DNA of 64,000 nucleotides from Chloroflexota bacterium. GTDB taxonomy: Bacteria; Chloroflexota; Anaerolineae; Aggregatilineales; Phototrophicaceae. How positions within the stretch are numbered: the stretch's first letter is position 1; each line of letters starts with the position of its first letter. A program made the translations under genes and the position numbers. Below the pieces are notes generated by a model. It was not told where the DNA came from. It saw only the letters and a list, made by a program, of their open reading frames with translations, and searched no databases. Below are positions 63,009 to 64,000 of this stretch, one piece after another. The stretch is from contig VXNO01000017.1 of the NCBI GenBank assembly GCA_009840575.1, forward strand, positions 7,497 through 71,496. The letters run 5' to 3'.

Positions 63009-64000
63009 ATGATTACAACACCCAATCAAATTGAAGATAATGTCCTCAGCCGCCTTTTGAGCCTGCGCCTGGAGGCAAACTGGTACCTCGCCGCTTGGAT
63101 TCTCATCTTCCTGCTGGCGCTGTTCAGCCGCTTCCACATGTTGGGCGAGCGCGTCATGAGCCACGACGAGAGCCTGCACACCCGCTATTCCTACAATTTG
63201 TATAATGATGGCAACTTCACGCATACGCCGCTGATGCACGGTCCCGTGCTCTTCCACGCCACCGCCCTGTCCTTCTATCTCTTCGGCGATAGCGACTTCA
63301 GCGGCCGCCTGTACACTGCCACGCTGGGCGTCTTGCTGGTGATGTTTCCCCTGCTGTGGCGGCGCTGGCTGGGGCGCTGGGGCTCGCTGCTGGCGGCGCT
63401 GCTGATTTTGATCTCGCCGCTGCTGCTCTATTATAGCCGCTACATCCGCCATGATATGCCGTCGATCTTTTTTGGCGTGGTCATGGTCTATTGCCTATTG
63501 AACTACCTGGATGGCGAGCCACAGGTCAGGCGGCGCGGTTATTGGCTCTATCTCTTCGCGGCGGCGATGATATTGAACCTGGGCTCAAAAGAAACCGCTT
63601 TCATTTACCTGGGCATTTTTGGCAGCTTCCTGGCGATTTTTTTCCTGGCGCGGCTGGCGCAGGCGCGCTGGAGCTGGCGCGGCAAAACGCTATTTCAGCA
63701 GATTATGTTAGGCATTTTGCTGGGCGGGGTGATGACATTGGGTATGTATATCGTCGTCGATATCATCCCGGCGCAAATCATCCCCGGTCGCGGCACAAGT
63801 TGGGAATTTTTGAGCGAATTGCAACGGTCGACATTTGCCGGCTGGATGGCGCTCGCAATCGGCAGCGGCGGATTTATTTTGGCAACAACCGCGCTATACG
63901 CCTTCCGGGATTCCTGGCGGCGCATCCCCTGGCGCGAGCTGGGCGGCATCTTTCTCATCGCGCTGCTGACCGCGGGCGGGCTGCTATTCATCGAGGAGCT
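63009..64000 (+). CDS. TIGR03663-type (Agl23-like) / GT-C-like polytopic membrane protein, N-terminal part; continues beyond window end
   Basis: Own translation from ATG 63009: MITTPNQIEDNVLSRLLSLRLEANWYLAAWILIFLLALFSRFHMLGERVMSHDESLHTRYSYNLYNDGNFTHTPLMHGPVLFHATALSFYLFGDSDFSGRLY... It is open to position 64000 and absent from the ORF track because it has no stop. Confidence 0.6.
   Translation, partial: MITTPNQIEDNVLSRLLSLRLEANWYLAAWILIFLLALFSRFHMLGERVMSHDESLHTRYSYNLYNDGNFTHTPLMHGPVLFHATALSFYLFGDSDFSGRLYTATLGVLLVMFPLLWRRWLGRWGSLLAALLILISPLLLYYSRYIRHDMPSIFFGVVMVYCLLNYLDGEPQVRRRGYWLYLFAAAMILNLGSKETAFIYLGIFGSFLAIFFLARLAQARWSWRGKTLFQQIMLGILLGGVMTLGMYIVVDIIPAQIIPGRGTSWEFLSELQRSTFAGWMALAIGSGGFILATTALYAFRDSWRRIPWRELGGIFLIALLTAGGLLFIEE

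Noticed and set aside
1-64000. CRISPR arrays, rRNA genes, transposases/IS elements, prophage, toxin-antitoxin or known defence systems
   Set aside because: I scanned both strands and the ORF track. I found no regularly spaced direct repeats, no rRNA-like conserved stretches, and no transposase, integrase, nuclease-helicase or defence-type motifs.

Overview
High-GC (roughly 60%, judged by eye) bacterial chromosomal segment with tightly packed, often overlapping genes and several near-consensus sigma-70 promoters. The chlor_Arch_YYY (DUF2298) proteins and many GT-C-like giant membrane proteins suggest a Chloroflexota-type monoderm host; this is inference only. Layout: (1) 1-11.1 kb: sugar SBP fragment, DUF971 protein, a six-hairpin GH-like protein coupled to an ABC exporter and a membrane-anchored methyltransferase, argS, dcd, tRNA-Val(TAC), Opp/Dpp-type ABC ATPases. 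(2) 11.2-30.2 kb: a cytoplasmic red-algal-galactan (agar/porphyran-like) utilisation locus. It has three GH117-like genes carrying four GH117 domains (one gene is a tandem GH117-GH117 fusion), a signal-peptide-less S1 sulfatase, a GH42-like protein, a family-5 SBP with two Opp/Dpp-type permeases, an enolase-superfamily cycloisomerase, a Zn-alcohol dehydrogenase, a KduD-like SDR, a GMC oxidoreductase and a FadR-type GntR regulator. A shared ATTGTAGACAAT-type operator sits at four control regions of this locus. (3) 31.2-40.7 kb: double-HTH XRE regulator, GT-C-like membrane protein, heterodimeric ABC exporter with one degenerate ATP site, second GT-C-like protein. (4) 40.8-46.8 kb: birA, two membrane proteins, gyrA (putative promoter flanked by a 35-bp inverted repeat), rplY/ctc, tRNA-Gly(CCC). 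(5) 47.1-64 kb: GT4 glycosyltransferase followed by translationally coupled giant membrane proteins (884, 1968, 901, 677 aa; GT-C-like, DUF2298/chlor_Arch_YYY, TIGR03663-like), an ECF sigma/anti-sigma pair and another TIGR03663-like gene. I saw no rRNA, CRISPR array, transposase, integrase, phage or recognisable defence genes. The two most interesting items are the function-unknown DUF2298/GT-C membrane-protein array and the non-canonical anhydrogalactose locus. All family assignments come from motif recognition by eye, not from database searches.
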